Below are positions 39,916 to 54,300 of a stretch of DNA of 64,000 nucleotides, one piece after another. A program made the position numbers and the translations under genes. Below the pieces are notes generated by a model. That model saw only the letters and a list, made by a program, of their open reading frames with translations, ran no database searches and was not told where the DNA came from. How positions within the stretch are numbered: position 1 is the stretch's first letter; the number at the start of each line of letters is the position of its first letter. Source of the DNA: Octopus sinensis (taxonomy: Eukaryota); the NCBI RefSeq assembly GCF_006345805.1, contig NC_042998.1, forward strand, positions 9,424,001-9,488,000, read 5' to 3'.

Positions 39916-42900
39916 ATCTTCATCATCAGTTTACTTCTACTTTCTGTACTAGCATGGATTCGATGGGTCATCACGGCCCAAGTTAGTTTTTGTGAGTTAT
40001 TGCCCTCATAGTCAGGTCAAATGATCGTGTCACTAATACATTTCATTTTTTGCATGGTAATGGTTAGATGCCCTTCTTAACTCTAACAAATTTTCAGAGT
40101 TTTCAGATTTTCACCTCATTTTATTTAATTTGGTATTATTAAAGTCCTCTAATAAAAAGATGTCTTATTGTTGAATTTGTGGCTAAAAGTTCAGTCAGCC
40201 ATTTAAAATATCTTAAATGGCTTACAAACACCTTCCACGCTGCAATTGTTTTCGTTTCAGCACACGATCTCAGATCAAATCACTTGCTATGCAAGTACAT
40301 CTCCGTAATTTAAAATATCAGCAACTCAGAAAACCAGTTGTTAAAATTTTGGCAGTGCAATGAACCATTTCTTAAAATTTAACATCTTACCAACCCAGTT
40401 GTTTAGATTTTGGCTGTTTGGTGAATCAGTTGTTAAAATTTTAGCAATTCAGCAAAGCAGTTAAAATTTCAACTGTAAATGAAGCACTTATGTAAAACAA
40501 ATTATGGCAGCTCTTCACTAGTTATGTCCCTTGGCCGTTTTGGTTCAAATTTTTATTACTTTGACTTGTTCATCCATGGTTGATAAAATAAATAACCATT
40601 CCAATACAAGGGTTCAGTTTAATTAAATAGGACCACCAAAAAATGTATTGCTGTGTTAGAAATCCTTGTTGTAGAATATTTTGCAAATACAAAGCACAAC
40701 TTCTTTGCTGTGTGTTTCCTGCTGTGAGACGTGTGTGCTTCAGTAAAAATTTGAGTAACTTGTAAAATGCTATGAAACTATCAGTTTGTAGAAGATATTG
40801 TTTTTACTTTATATTTATCCTTTAATGCTAATAATTGCTAAGTCAACCATATTACCTTTCTTTGTTCCCAATACTAGGTGAGACTGGAACTGGATGGATG
40901 ATGAACAGATCACCCGAAGGCTTTAAGTTTTTTTACAATGTAAATACTGGAGATTACGCTTGGGTTCGGAATGACACGATCATAAAAGATTATTCTATTC
41001 TGACAAAAGAGGAAATCCAGGTAATTATGAGTTTTGTTCTGATTTTTTCCTAACTATTTTAATGTAGACCAGCCCATTTCATTGTGCATAATTAGACAAT
41101 TCATCAGATTGTTGGTATTTCTGTTTCATCATCATCATCATCGTTTAACGTCCGCTTTCCATGCTAGCATGGGTTGGACGATTTGACTGAGAACTGGCGA
41201 ATCAGATGGCTGCACAATGCTCCAATCTAATCTGGCAGAGTTTCTACAGCTGGATGCCCTTCCTAACGCCAACCACTCAGAGTGTAGTGGATGCTTTTAC
41301 GTGCCACTGGCACAAGGGCCAGTCAGGCAGTACTGGCAACGACCATGCTCAAATGATGTTTTTTACATGCCACCTGCACAGGACCCAGTCCAGAGGCACT
41401 GGCAACGACCTTGCTTGAATGTTTTTTCACGTGCCAGTAAGACGACACTAGTAACAATCATGCTCGAATAGTGCTTTTTATGTGCCACCGTCACGGAAGC
41501 CAGTTAGCTGCTCTGGTAACAATCATGCTCGGATGGTGCTCTTAGCGCTCCACTAGCACAGATGCCAGTCATCGAATTTGATTTCAGTTTCACTTGCCTC
41601 AACAGGTCTTTGCAAGCAGAGTTTAGCGTCCAATGAAGGAAAGGTGCACATAGTTTACATTCCTCCTCTCATCATCATTTAACATCCATTTTCTTTGCTG
41701 CATGGGTTGGACGGTTTGACAGGGGCTAGCTAGGCAGAAGACTGCACTAGGCCTCACTGTCTGTTTTGTCAAGCTTTTTACAGCTGAACTCCCCTCCTAA
41801 CACCTTACAGAGTTTGTGCAATTTTGGTAAACATTTAACAGTCTTCTATATCCAAACTAATCAGATTTAAATATCTGCTATTATACTGCTTTAATTCAGA
41901 GAAATATATATTCCTTTGATCAGCCTTTCCTGTAACAAATTCAACTTTGGCACAAGGCCAACAATTTTGAGGGAAGGATATTAGTTCATTACACCAACCC
42001 CAGTACTTGTCTGGTACTTTATTTTATCAACCCAGAAGAGGTGAAAGGCAAAGTTGACCTCGGTTGGACTTGAACTCAGTGTGTAAAGAGTCAGAAAAAA
42101 TACCACAAAGTATCTTTTCCAACACTCAAACAATTCCGCTGGTCCACTGCTCTTGCATTTCCTACAATAAATTTCATATTTGTAATTTCTAGCTCAATCT
42201 CTACTTTATATATACACTCTTTTCTCAAAACTTTCCACCCCCATCCCAGCTGTATAGCTCCTTCACCCTTGACCACCTTTTCTTTCCTTTTTCCTGCCCC
42301 TTTCCCTCATTTCCCATTCCACTCTTTCTCTTCCCCCTCTCTTTATTCCTTTCACTGTCCCAGTTTAACAATTTTTTTATTGTATGTTGATATTGATTAT
42401 CAGAAATATTTTCAAATTATTTGTAAAATCCTACATTTCAACAAGTACTAGCATTTGTATCACCTGTATTGCATTTGTTAGGTCAGTTACATTGAACCCC
42501 TCTCTATCCCATCTCCTAAAAATTGCTCTGGCCTTGTGTCAAAATTTGAAACCATTATTACTATTATTATGCAAACCAAGAAACTGCTTTATTTATAATA
42601 ATAAAACCGAAATTCTGTCTGTCCGTCTGGGACCCCCTGTATCTCAGCCTACATTTGCTCAACAGACATATTATACCTTTTTTGGAATCAGGATGATCCC
42701 GGATTTGAAAATCTGCCCGTCATTTGGTTCTTGAACATTCAGCATTGGGATCTGATTTTAAAAGCACTTGGGTTGCTATTTCTAGCATGTAAAGCTTGGC
42801 TTATTCACACCATCTTGGTTGACGTTTGTCAGATGATGTCAGAGACCAAGGGGGAGATAAATGATATTCGCTTCATTAATTTTACGTCAAGATAAGAACT

Positions 42901-45900
42901 TTGGGACAAATTGGCCAACAGTTGGAATACAACAGAATGATTGCATTGCAAAAGTAATTCTCATCTGTCTTTAACCTGTGATCAAACACCACTGGAGCCT
43001 ATAGTCATTATAGATGTATTATAGTCATGTCATTTAGCTCTTTAGTTTTCAGCCACAAACCCAATTAGCCCTCAGTAGGAGCTAGGTTAGAAGTCCGCAT
43101 GGAGTGCGGCTTTTAAGCTAGTAGTAAATAAGAGTAATAATAATGGTTTCTGATTCGGGCAAAAAAAGAGAAAAAAAAAATCAGTTATTTTAAGGGGAAG
43201 GGGTTTACTCAGTACCATTGAGCCCATTACAAATAAAGTACTAGTCAAATACTAGGATCAATGTTATCAACTAACACCCTCCCACTAAAATTGCTGGTCT
43301 TGGTCCTAAATCAGAAGCTATTATTATTAAGGTAGTGAGCTGGCAGTACATTAGCATGCCAGGCAAAATGCTTAGCAGCATTTCATCAGTGTTTATGTTC
43401 TGAGTTCAAATTCTGCTGAGATCAACTTTACCTTTCATCCCTTTTGGGGTCAATAAAATGAGTATCAGTTAAGTCCTGGGGCTGATGATATTTGGGCTCC
43501 TCTCCCGAAATTTTAGTAGAAAGGATTATTATTGAATGAGAGTGTAGTACATGCCATCAAAGTGACACCGGGGTCCAAATATACAAAGCCCAGTATACCC
43601 ATCTGATAAGGGTACACCAGGCACATGCATCACAACTATATGTGCATAACATAGTGATCTCATCAAAATAAACAGTGCATGACTCTGCAAGTAGGGCCCA
43701 GTTAGAATTATCTTCAGGTCATGTAGTCCATCCTATTCAAAAGGTCTGTGAATAAGGTTTGTTTAAGAATGTTGAATGAAACACCCATGTTTCCAGAGGT
43801 GAATTATTCAAACTCCAAAGAATTCCTTTCAACAAATGGCTATGATGCTCCCCACTACTTCTGCCTGTGATCAGAGATGTACATATCGTCAGCCACCAAG
43901 GGACATGCTCAACTGGTTATGGTCAAACAACTGACAAAACAAATCTATGGTATTGAGCAGAATATTTGCTGTAGCCCATCTTTTATACCAAGATGATTAT
44001 TATTATTATTATTATTATTACTACTACTACTACTAGGTTGGAGGATTAGAAGAAACATTAAAACATTGAACAAAATTCTTTTTGAGATTTCTTCCTCTGG
44101 CATTTTACAATCTTTCTTCAAACCCCACCAAGGTCAGGTTTGCCTTTCATCCTTCAGAGGTCAATAAAAGAATGTCTTAGTCTAGTTCTGGGGTCATAGT
44201 AATCAGCTAATCCTCCCCATTTTAAAATTACTTTTATCTTTTTTTTTTTTTTTACTTGTTTCAGTCATTAGATTGCAGCCATGCTGGAGCATCACCTTGA
44301 GGAATTTTTAGCCAAATGAATTGCCCCCCCCCTGTTTTTTGGGGTTTTTTTTCTTATAAATGCCTATGATTGTGATGGCAGTGGAGTGCCTGCTAGTCAT
44401 ATCACCCACCCTAACTCCTAACCCCTTCCAAAATAATGGTAAAAGACTGACTGTGTACTGTCATTGTACTCGTACAGAAAGAAAAGGGCAATTGAACAGA
44501 CACATGCCTTTTAGAATTAGTTCAGGGTTGGCAGTGAGGGTGGTAGGTGGGCTGCCAACACATGAAACGACTGGTTTAGATGAGGGATCTGAACCTAAGA
44601 TCCTAATTTCACCCCTGGTCAACCAAGGCTTTGTGAGAAATTTGGTTGATAGAAACTGTGGAGAAGCCCATTTGTGTGTAAATGCATATAGATGTGTTTG
44701 TTGTGTATGTGTTTGTATTTGCCTCTTAGCACTTAACTGTGTTAGGTTGTTTATGTTCCCTCGACAGTTTGGCAAAGAATGACAGAAGAACAGAAGTTAA
44801 AAATTATTAACTAGGGTCAATTTAATGGTCTAGAACTTTCAAGGCTTATTTGAGGCAGTCCCCTAGCTTAGCTATAAACCAATGACTGAAATAGATAATA
44901 AAAAATAACTTCACAAATCAATAAAAACTGTCTATTTGAAACAAGTGAAAAAGAAATTTATTTTACTTTAAAAAAAAAAAAAAATTGTTTCTGATTCCAG
45001 AGTGTTTTAACTGAAATTCAAGAAAGCTATGACCGAGAGCTCTTGTTTAAGGCAAATGAAGGTTTCATTGTGTTGGTCCAAGCTTTAATTCGTGGTTACT
45101 TGGTGAGGAAATCATTTAATGACCGCATTACCTATATCAACTCTCAAACACCAGCAATTACTAAAATCCAGGTAAATTTTCTTTTTTTTTCTTTGTAAAT
45201 TGGAAAGTAGAGTTTAAATTATTACAATTCTAGCATGGCTTTGCTATTTACTGTAGTTGTTACTAGCAGCTTACAAATTATGGCTTACAAATAATTCCAG
45301 AAAATAATTTTTACAATATGATAAATGCCTTTAGTTTTCTAAAACTTTATTATTACAAATATTTCTATCGAGTTAAGAGAAGTTAGTAACGAAATGACGA
45401 GTGTTTGCTGCCTTTAATTTCTGCTGTCTCTTTAAAGTTGTACAGTGGAAACCTGCACCGTTGTCTGACTTCGCTTTCTTTTTTCTATATCTTCCTTTCT
45501 CTTTCTCTCAACTTTTTTTTCTCTAATTTTGTTTATCTTGCTTTATTTCAGGCTTACTGGAGAGGTTCTCGTCAACGAAACCTTTTCAAAACCAGAAAAC
45601 AGTTCTTGAAACAGAATGGTCCTGCTGCCGTTAAGGTAAATATTTTGCATTCATCTTATACACCAGGTTTATAAACCTTGTAAATGTACAAAGCTTAAAT
45701 TATATTTCCTTAGACACTAATGAACCAAAATTAATTTCTGAAATGTATTAATTATCAGAAATACTGTCTGCATTATATCAAGATTTCTAATTTTGATCAC
45801 AACAGTATTTGATAATGAACTTAGGAAGTAATATAATCATGTATTTTATCATGCTTAAGGATTGTATGAGGAATCGGTGTTTAAGGATTTTTTTTTCTGT

Positions 45901-46755
45901 TGAATCAGTTACAAGCATTTACCAGAATGTACTTGACCAGAAAAAGATACAGAGAGAGACTAAAATATTTCAAAGACAATGTAAGTAGTCTCGTTTTCTT
46001 TAGCTTATCTTACTCATGGTGGCCAAAGCCATGGTAAACTAAATTTTTTTTCTTTTTTATTTCTTTTGAAATTTAAAATTTTAAAAAAATATCATGTAAA
46101 TTTAAATGTGAAAGCATTCAATTTGGGTTTGTTTTTTCATTTCTTTTTATGACTCAGTCAAACAAGAGCAACAATATTAATTGGGGAAAAGAATAACGAA
46201 ATTATGGCTCATGGGATTTTGCGGTAGGCAGCAGTATATGAAGATAGTGATCCCTGGTTCAAACACTACCATAGTATAGACCAATCATGAGTAAACTGTG
46301 GCCGCTGAACTTTATGAATTAACATGCCAATGAAAAATTTCCTTGAATTTTTTTTAGTAGTGTAGCTCACCTGATGAGCTATGTCTCATGAGGTTCACTT
46401 TTCAAAGTATTTGCTCACAGACCCTGTTAAAGGTAACTCAAGAACCAGGTAGTGGAGTTAATCCAGTAGCAGATTAAGTCTGCTACCCAATAACATTTTG
46501 ACAGAAACTCACAATTTTTGCCAACCTTATTTCACTGACAAGGTTTGGGTTGACACAAGGTTATAGTTGAAGAACTAGTCAAAGGCATCACACATTGTGA
46601 TCAAACCCCACAAAAAATGTGCATCTTCACTACACAGCCAAAACTGGCGTCCTTAACTATTATTCTTAAATGATTAATCATCAAATATGACTTGCTGGAA
46701 CAAAGAAACTTAATAGCTAAAATTTTCTATAGTAACATACTATATTCCATAATAG

Positions 46756-46786
<31 letters not shown>

Positions 46787-48271
46787 CCTGTGTCGCCTTA
46801 CTGGCACTTGTGCTGGTGACACGTGAAAAAACATTCAAGCTAGGTCGTTACCAGTGCCACTGGACTGGCTCCTGTGCAGGTGGCACATAAAAAGCACCAT
46901 TTGAGCGTGGCCGTTGCCAGTACCACCTGACTCACCCTCGTGCCGGTGGCATGTAAAAGCACCCACTACACTCTCGGAGTGGTTGGCATTATGAAGGGCA
47001 TCTAGCTGTAGAAACTCTGCTAGATCAGTTTGGAGCCTGGTGCAGCCATCTGGTTCGCCAGTCCTCAGTCAAATCGTCCAACCCATGCTAGCATGGAAAG
47101 CGGACGTTAAATGATGATGATATATATATATATTATATAACTACCATTTAATTATATATATTCCATGAAAGTGAGTATTTTGACCATTGATCAATAACCT
47201 ATTTCTCAATGACAGGCTATTGTATGACACATTTAATCCTTTCTTAAATATTCATGTTAATATTTTCACTCATTTGGTTGTAGTCAGGCTAAAATGAACT
47301 CATTTTTTGTTCTTTGACATAGACTAGAGTAGCCTGCTCATTAAGACAGTTGTGTTTGTTCTTAGAATTCTGACCACTACAAATGTATACAGTGTCTATT
47401 TTGGTACTTGAAATTCATTTGGACAATGTCTTATGCTTCAACCATCAGCTGCCACCATTGACATCATCATCATATAGTGTCCATGCTGGCATGGGTTGAA
47501 CAGGATCTCATGGGTCCAAGGACTGCATTGTGCTCCAGCATCTGCTTTGGCATTGTTCCTATGGCTGGATGTCCGACCTAGTACCAATCACTTTTCAGTA
47601 TGTACTGAGTGCTGTTTTCATGCCATCAGCACTAGTTAGGTCACTATGCAGCTTGCAAGACTTGCGAAGGATGGGGCATCAGGTGCATATATATATATAT
47701 ATATATATATCATTTTACATCTGTTTTCCATGCTGGTGTGGATTAGACAGTTTGACAAGAGCTGGCAAGCTGGAGAGGCGCAACAGGCTCCAGTTGTTTA
47801 TTTTGGCAAGATGCCTATGGCTGGATGCCCCTCTTGACACCAGCCATTTTTCAGGGTGCACTGGGTGCTTGCTTACGTGGAGCCAACACAGGTGCACCTG
47901 CTTACAAGGTACCAGCATGGGAATTTGTTTACGTGGTACCAGCACAGATGCTTTCTATATGACACCAACACCAATGGGGTTGCCAGAGGAGATACTATAT
48001 GAATGATCTTTCGTATGTTTCTGCTTGTGTTTCTAACTACTCAAACTTCATGTTGTATCTTATTTGTAAATCTGTAAACAAGAGTGTTATGTAGAGAATA
48101 TAGAATGATATTAAGACACTGTAAGCACCAATTCAAGGCAAAGGGTCAAATACTCACTAACGGAATATGGGACACATGTGTACCACTTGCTAGACAACTA
48201 CATAATTGATTTCACTCCGAAATACCTGTCAACCCCTTTCTCTCAGATTCAATACTTAAATTTATTTCTGC

Positions 48272-48306
<35 letters not shown>

Positions 48307-51300
48307 TTACAGGACTGTTTATCTTTTGTCTCAAATTGGTACTTACATTGGCTAATGTTGAAAATATTTAATTCATTTATGATATTTTGGTTTGATTTTC
48401 ACTTTTGCATTTACATACGAATTAAACTGAACTTACCTTTTTGATTTTTCAAGGAAAATTCCATTGTAAAAATCCAAGCCTTTGTTCGATCTACCCTTGC
48501 CAGACATGATTATAAATCTCTTGGTAAGTATATTAGATACATCCATGACATACACTACTGAAATTGTAGAAAAACAGACTAAAAAAATTAGAGAAATTTT
48601 CTTTAAAATATACTAAATATGTATATTGAGCCAAGATATATATATATATCTAATATAAGGATAAAATTTTATTAAAAAATTTTATCAATGGCCAGCATAT
48701 GAAAATTACCTTTTAAGGTAAAAATTATAAATACAATTATAAATAAGGGCAAAAAGAAAAAAAAAATTCTTTGCCAATATGCTGAAAAATAGACGCTAAA
48801 TCATCTAACCACATGAAATATTTTCACTTGTAATAATATATGTCAATATTTCATGTGGTTAGATGATTTAGCGTCTATTTTTCAGAATATTGGCAAAGAA
48901 ATCTTTTTTTCTTCTTGCCCTTATTTATAATATATATAGGTTAATTCTACTTACCTGAGCATGATCTTTGGGTTGTCTCTCACAGTTAATTTTGATTGAA
49001 TTCAAGTAATTAATCTTTAGTTTTGATCTGAGATAAATTGAATTAAGAAGCACAATTGTCTTGAGTGTGATATGAACTCTTGATCACTGAGTCATTATTT
49101 TTTTCAATTGTTCTTTTTTTTTTTTTTATTACATGTCTTATCTTTTACTTATTTCAGTCATTGGACTGTAGTCATGCAGAGGCATTGCCTTGAAGGGTTT
49201 AGTCAAACAAATTGATCCCAATCTCCAATACTTACTTTTTTTTATCTGGTACTTATTTTCTTTGTCTCTTTGCCAATTCACTGAGTTACAAGACATAAAC
49301 AAACCAACACTGGCTGTCAAGCTGTGGTGAGAGTCAAATGCAGATGCACACATATGGGCTTCCACACAGTTTCCATCTATTAAATTCATTCGCAAGGCAT
49401 TGGTTGGTATGGGAATAAAGTAGAATGCACTTGCCCAGGGTGCTATACAGTAGGATTGAACCTGAAACCATGTGGTTGTGAAGTGAGCTATTTAACCACA
49501 CAGCCATACCCGTTCCTACATGTCATAACATTTTTTATTAATTCTAGAGCTGGTAATTAAAGTACCAGTCAGATACTGGGGAATTAAATTTGATTATATC
49601 TCTCTCTCCTTGCAATTTGTAATCTTGTACCAATGTTAAAAAGCATAATATACACCTTGTATTTATTCCTGCTTTTCTAATTAAATTTTTAGTTTATGAT
49701 GATAATCCTCCCTTGAGTGTTGTCCGCAAGTTTGTGCACTTGCTGGATGCCAGTGATGCTGATTATGCAGAAGAACTTGGTAAGTTTCCTTATATTTATT
49801 TATTCTCTTTAAAAAAAAAAGGTAAATTACCACATAAATGCGGTTTAGATATTGATAAGTATGCACCATATTGTGTGGTTTTTAAGATTAGTTTCCTATC
49901 CACTGTCTTTGAATAGATTTTCAGTGGGGGAGACCATACTTTCCAAAAATTTCAAAAGCAGCAAGCAAGCCTTTGGCCTCTGTCATTGCTCAATCTACTT
50001 GGAGTAACAGCCAAGTATCCTCCAAATGACATTCCATCGTTTTATAAAAGGATATATTGGATAATGTTTTTGGGTGTACTGTGATGAAGATAAAAAGATA
50101 ATGGTCATGGGTGTAATGTCATTCAATATAATTCTGTTCAGTCAGGCTTGCCCATAGCCTCCACTAGAAGAAATGTGATCCATATGAAATGGTAGTTGAA
50201 AAATCAGGCATACTTGATTTTTTTTTTTTTTCTTCCTTTCAACACCTTTCAACGTGTAGTGTTGTTGATCTTGGAGCAAAAAAAGTTGTGTTGAGATGGT
50301 GAACTGCTAGTGGGTGTTGAAAACTAACTCACCACAATTGTTTTATCTCTGTTGACTGGTTCTAATATAATGCCTAACTTGAAAAGCAGTTCATCATGAT
50401 CATTTAATGTCCGATTTCCATGCTGGCATCATTGAACATCTTGACTGAAACTGGCAGGGCCAGGAGCCACCTCAGGTTCCATGGTCTGTTTTGGCTTGGT
50501 TTTTACAGCTGGATGCTCTTCCTAATGCCAACAACTGTACAGAATGTACTGGATCCTTTTTACGTGGCACCATCACCAGTGTTTTTTATGTGGAATCAAC
50601 ACCAATGCTTTTTATGTAACGCAATGACAGGAGAAGCATTTGGCCATAAAATTTTGCCTGAAATAAGTCCCCATCTAACCCATACCAGCATAGAAAAATT
50701 AAAACAAATGAAAAGGAAACTTGTGTGTATATGCAATCATCATTTTAGCATCCACTTCTCCATACTTGCATGGATTGAACAAAGTTTGAGGCAGGTTTTC
50801 TACAGCCAGATGCCCTCACCTGTTTCCAAGAAAGGTATTTTCCTATGGCCTGGCATGTTTTTGCAGAATATTGGAATACATACAGAACAAGTTTCTTTCA
50901 GGCTCTGTCTACTAAATCCACTTGCAAGGCTTTGGTTAGCCCAGGATTATAGCAGAAGACTTGCCCTAGGTGCCATGCAGTGGGACTGAGCCCAAAGCCA
51001 TATGTCTGGCAAGCAAACTTCTTAACCAAACAGCCATGCCTGCATCTATTATATATTTATATAAAATAGAATATAAAAAAATAAGCTAATCTTTCTCATT
51101 TTATTTTGTATTTTAGAACTACAAAAGTTAAGACAGCAAGTTGGATCTGAAATTCGTTCCAATCAGCAGTTGGAGAATGATTTAAATCAAATGGATATTA
51201 AAATTGGTCTTTTGATTAAAAATAGAATTACTTTACAGGTAAGAATAACATTTTAAAAATTATATGCATGATGAATAGCAAATTACTAAAGTGTTGGATA

Positions 51301-54300
51301 TTGTGAACAACCAAATATGTTACTCCTACTCTATCATCTTCAGAATGGCTCAGTTTTCTATTGCCTTATAACTTCCTCTTGTAAATATCACAAGAAATTT
51401 CACTTCTCAACTGTTTCCCCATGTAAGCTTTATTTACATACAACCTAATATTTTACTGTGGAGGCGCAATGGCCCAGTGGTTAGGGCAGCGGACTCGCGG
51501 TGATAGGATTGCGGTTTCGATTCCCAGACCGGGTGTTGTGAGTGTTTATTGAGCGAAAACACCTAAAAGCTCCACGTGCTCCGGCAGGGGATGGTGGTGA
51601 TCCCTGCTGTACTCTTTCACCACAATTTTCTCTCACTCTTACTTCCTGTTTCTGTTGTACCTGTATTTCAAGGGGCCAGCCTTGTCACTCTCTGTGTCAC
51701 GCTGAATATCCCCGAGAACTACGTTAAGGGTGCACGTGTCTGTGGAGTGCTCAGCCACTTACACATTAATTTCATGAGCAGGCTGTTCCGTTGATTCGGA
51801 TCAACCGGAACCCTCATCGTCGTAACCGACGGAGTGCTTCCATTCCAATATTTTACTACAAAGAATTAAAATAAAAGACTCACAGAAAAGCATTTGCTGA
51901 TAAGTTCACAACTTTTTTTTTAACATTTTCTTTTTTGTGTCTGTTACAAAAGTATAAAATTTTATTTCAACTGTAAATTTTCTGAACATTCTTTCCGATT
52001 TATAGGATGTAGTATTTCACAATCACAAACTGAAGAAACATGCTGAACGAACTGGAGCAATGACTCGGGGACTGAAAGCCCTGAGTAAAGAAAGTCGTGG
52101 AAAACTGGATGCCTACCAACATTTGTTCTATTTGTTGCAAACAAATCCAACTTACCTTGCAAAACTGATTTTTGAAATGCCCCAAAGCAAAACAACCAAG
52201 TTTATGGAGTCTGTCATATTTTCCCTGTTTAATTATGGTTCTAATGCTAGAGAAGAGTTTCTCTTGTTACGCTTGTTCAAAACTGCCTTAGAAGAAGAAA
52301 TTACGTAAGTTACCATTTTTATCTAAAGAATTTGATTATATTTGCTTTTAATATTTAATAGAAATTTCATACAATTTAACATTTTTTTTTTTTTTCTGCA
52401 TAAACTTAATGAACTTTTTTTTTCAGTAATATAATATAATAGTATACCTTTGTATCTCCTTTGCCTATTACATCTGTTACCTACACTTATTTTCTTGTCT
52501 GTAGTGTAGTTGCTGTTTAAGTTTGAGCATTGATTGTTGTTTAAATACATTGAAAGAAACAAATGTTCAGATATTTAACAAGAATTTGTCATAAAATTGC
52601 TGGGAAAGAAAGAAATCTGTAGGAGTACTATGTTTTTATATATATAAAACATCTGTGGGTTTCGCTAATGACTCGCAAGCCTCTCTCTTCTTTATGGTTT
52701 TTGTCCGGAGCACCCATCTCCATCGCATCTGCAGGATCCCCAAGATCGGTAGATCAGTAACATTAATGCAGTTGATGTTTTTTCTTGAACAGCTGCTAGT
52801 TGAGGGATGCAGGAAGGAAATTCCAGAAGTGAGGCTTGCAAGGAGGTAAAATATGAATAAGAATTGTCGTGATTTTTAGGTCCATCAAAAAGATGCATAT
52901 CTGTTGACAGTAGTCCACTAAATTTCTGGTGACTGTGTACTACATTTTTGTTGTGTTTGAGTAACTGAACACACTAATGGCTAAAAGTAAAGCTATTGTA
53001 AACATTTTAACTGTCTTCCACAAATATCTTAATAGGAGCAGTTCTGATTTTAACAGTATTGTACACAGTTCCCATGAACTAAAATCACTTATAAAGTTTG
53101 TATTTTTGAGATCATTGCATTGTCTCTTACTGTATTATATTATAAAGAAAAAGTGGTTAAGGATCTGATATACTAACAGGGATGTGAGTGTCACCTTGTC
53201 AAGTATGTTATAGATTTTCATTGTCTATCAACAAAAATAAAATAGGTATCATTCCTATTTTACTGTAATATACTTGGCATTACTAAAAGATGTCTAGCTA
53301 TAAAACATCTGATATTTCTTGCTATGTTATTAGCACTGCTACATCACTGAAAATTTATTTTGTGAGTCACTTAAAATACATGTAAATTTATGTTTAAACC
53401 TTCTTTAACTTGAAGGTTAAAGAGTGTTTTAATTTTATGCCGGAAATGGAAGGCCTTGGTGTCAGCTGTCTTAACCAGCTGACACTTTATGCTAATGACT
53501 TCAAACCTGTAGGCTTATTCAAGCAACATGTATTCTAAGACATACAAAACAGAGAACTACTGGTTATCAATCAGTCTGTAATGGTAGGCATGTAAATTGC
53601 TCAAATATTTTGTCAATATTTTACAATACAAAATTTAATGGAACTGCAACAACTTTAGAAATAAAGCTATTAATCTGAGAATTTTTACTTATGCACTGAG
53701 AGACAAGCTGTTCTTAAAAGAATGATGTGTAGAGGATTGTAATAGTTTAATTAGGATTAGTGAAATGTTTGCCAGCTATTAATATACCATTTTACACAAG
53801 ATGCTTATGCTTATTCTCCAGCTTCATTAAGAATGAATTCAAAAGCATGAATTTTGATACTTTATATTTCATGTGACCTTTTTTTTCCTTTTTTTTATTT
53901 TGAGTTTTGGTGAATTTTCATTCGGGATTTTATTTAATATTCTCTTATTAAGGATGGTAATCATCATTGTGTTCTCATATTGGATGTAGAACTTTCTTTG
54001 GAGTCCTGTTGTTCCTTTCACACACAACTTTATTTAGAGAGCACTTTAATTAGAGAAGTTGACTGCTTCTTTTAATCCTCTTTCATTTAACTGAACTTAT
54101 TTATATAGTGCGTGTTAATTTGGGGGATAAATATTTTATATTTGGGACAGAAGTGGGGATTAATTCTAAAAGGATTAAGGTTTGTACAATATGTACATTA
54201 TTTAATGTAAATATTGGCAGGAGGGATTTATTGAAATAAAGTAAATGGCTACTGCAGTTTGTTGATGAGGATTTGGATGACGTTTGAAGAACATAGATTG

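Noticed and set aside
42585-42730. Possible Helitron-like 5' end (TATAATAATAAAACCG...CTGTCTGTCCGTC)
   Set aside because: No matching 3' hairpin or CTAG end was found
43545-43995. GC-richer segment that looks like a dispersed repeat
   Set aside because: No second copy, TIR, TSD or coding motif in the window to support a class
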